Source of the DNA: a virus | Taxonomy: Duplodnaviria; Heunggongvirae; Uroviricota; Caudoviricetes | Direction: 5' to 3' (one strand) | IMG/VR virus record: IMGVR_UViG_2541047172_000012 | DNA: 5,663 bases | Shown: piece after piece, positions 5,435 through 5,663 of the stretch | Layout: the number at the start of each line of letters is the position of its first letter | Position numbering within the stretch: the stretch's first letter is position 1 | Position numbers and translations under genes: made by a program | The notes under the pieces: model-generated | Databases searched by the model: none | What the model saw: only the letters and a program-made list of their open reading frames with translations | Told to the model about the DNA's origin: nothing

Positions 5435-5663
5435 ATGAGTACAGCACTCGCAACGCTGGCAGGGAAGCTGGCTGAACGTGTCGGCATGGATTCTGTCGAC
5501 CCACAGGAACTGATCACCACTCTTCGCCAGACGGCATTTAAAGGTGATGCCAGCGATGCGCAGTTCATCGCATTGTTGATCGTCGCCAACCAGTACGGCC
5601 TTAATCCGTGGACGAAAGAAATTTACGCCTTCCCTGATAAGCAGAACGGCATCGTTCCGGTGG
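5435..5663 (+). CDS. bet: Bet (Red-beta) single-strand annealing protein, N-terminal 76 codons; continues past the window end
   Basis: ATG 5435 translates to MSTALATLAGKLAERVGMDSVDPQELITTLRQTAFKGDASDAQFIALLIVANQYGLNPWTKEIYAFPDKQNGIVPV, matching lambda Bet. Not in the ORF track because no stop falls within the window. Confidence 0.95.
   Translation, partial: MSTALATLAGKLAERVGMDSVDPQELITTLRQTAFKGDASDAQFIALLIVANQYGLNPWTKEIYAFPDKQNGIVPV

Noticed and set aside
5161-5589. ORFs 5161..5475 (+) and 5317..5589 (-)
   Set aside because: They are alternative-frame or antisense ORFs inside gam and bet, both of which are strongly supported.

Overview
This window is the immunity and early-left region of a lambda-like temperate phage or prophage, shown in reverse orientation to the conventional lambda map. 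Positions 1-1824 match lambda closely: the start of O (with the first ori iteron at the window edge), oop RNA, cII, PRE, nutR, cro, OR1-3 with PR and PRM, and cI. The cI protein has lambda's recognition helix but carries several substitutions and a TAA stop, so this is a relative of lambda, not the lab strain. Lambda-like sequence stops at the cI stop codon. Where lambda has rexA-rexB, tIMM and OL/PL (about 1825-3575), there is unrelated cargo: a 375-bp non-coding tail ending in a terminator, a stand-alone 173-aa acidic protein gene with its own promoter and operator-like palindromes, and a 40-aa His/Cys-rich small ORF closed by a strong terminator. This is followed by a PL-like promoter with no recognisable lambda cI operators, then a nutL-like boxA/boxB and an N gene of the P22 type rather than lambda type. 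A +1-frame relic of a lambda/21-type N C-terminus overlaps the N stop. Lambda-like genes resume downstream (ea10, cIII, kil, gam, start of bet). The most interesting candidates are the cargo at the rexAB exclusion locus and the apparent mismatch between a lambda-specific repressor and an operator-less PL. All homology calls are from reading the sequence and recalled reference sequences; no searches were run.
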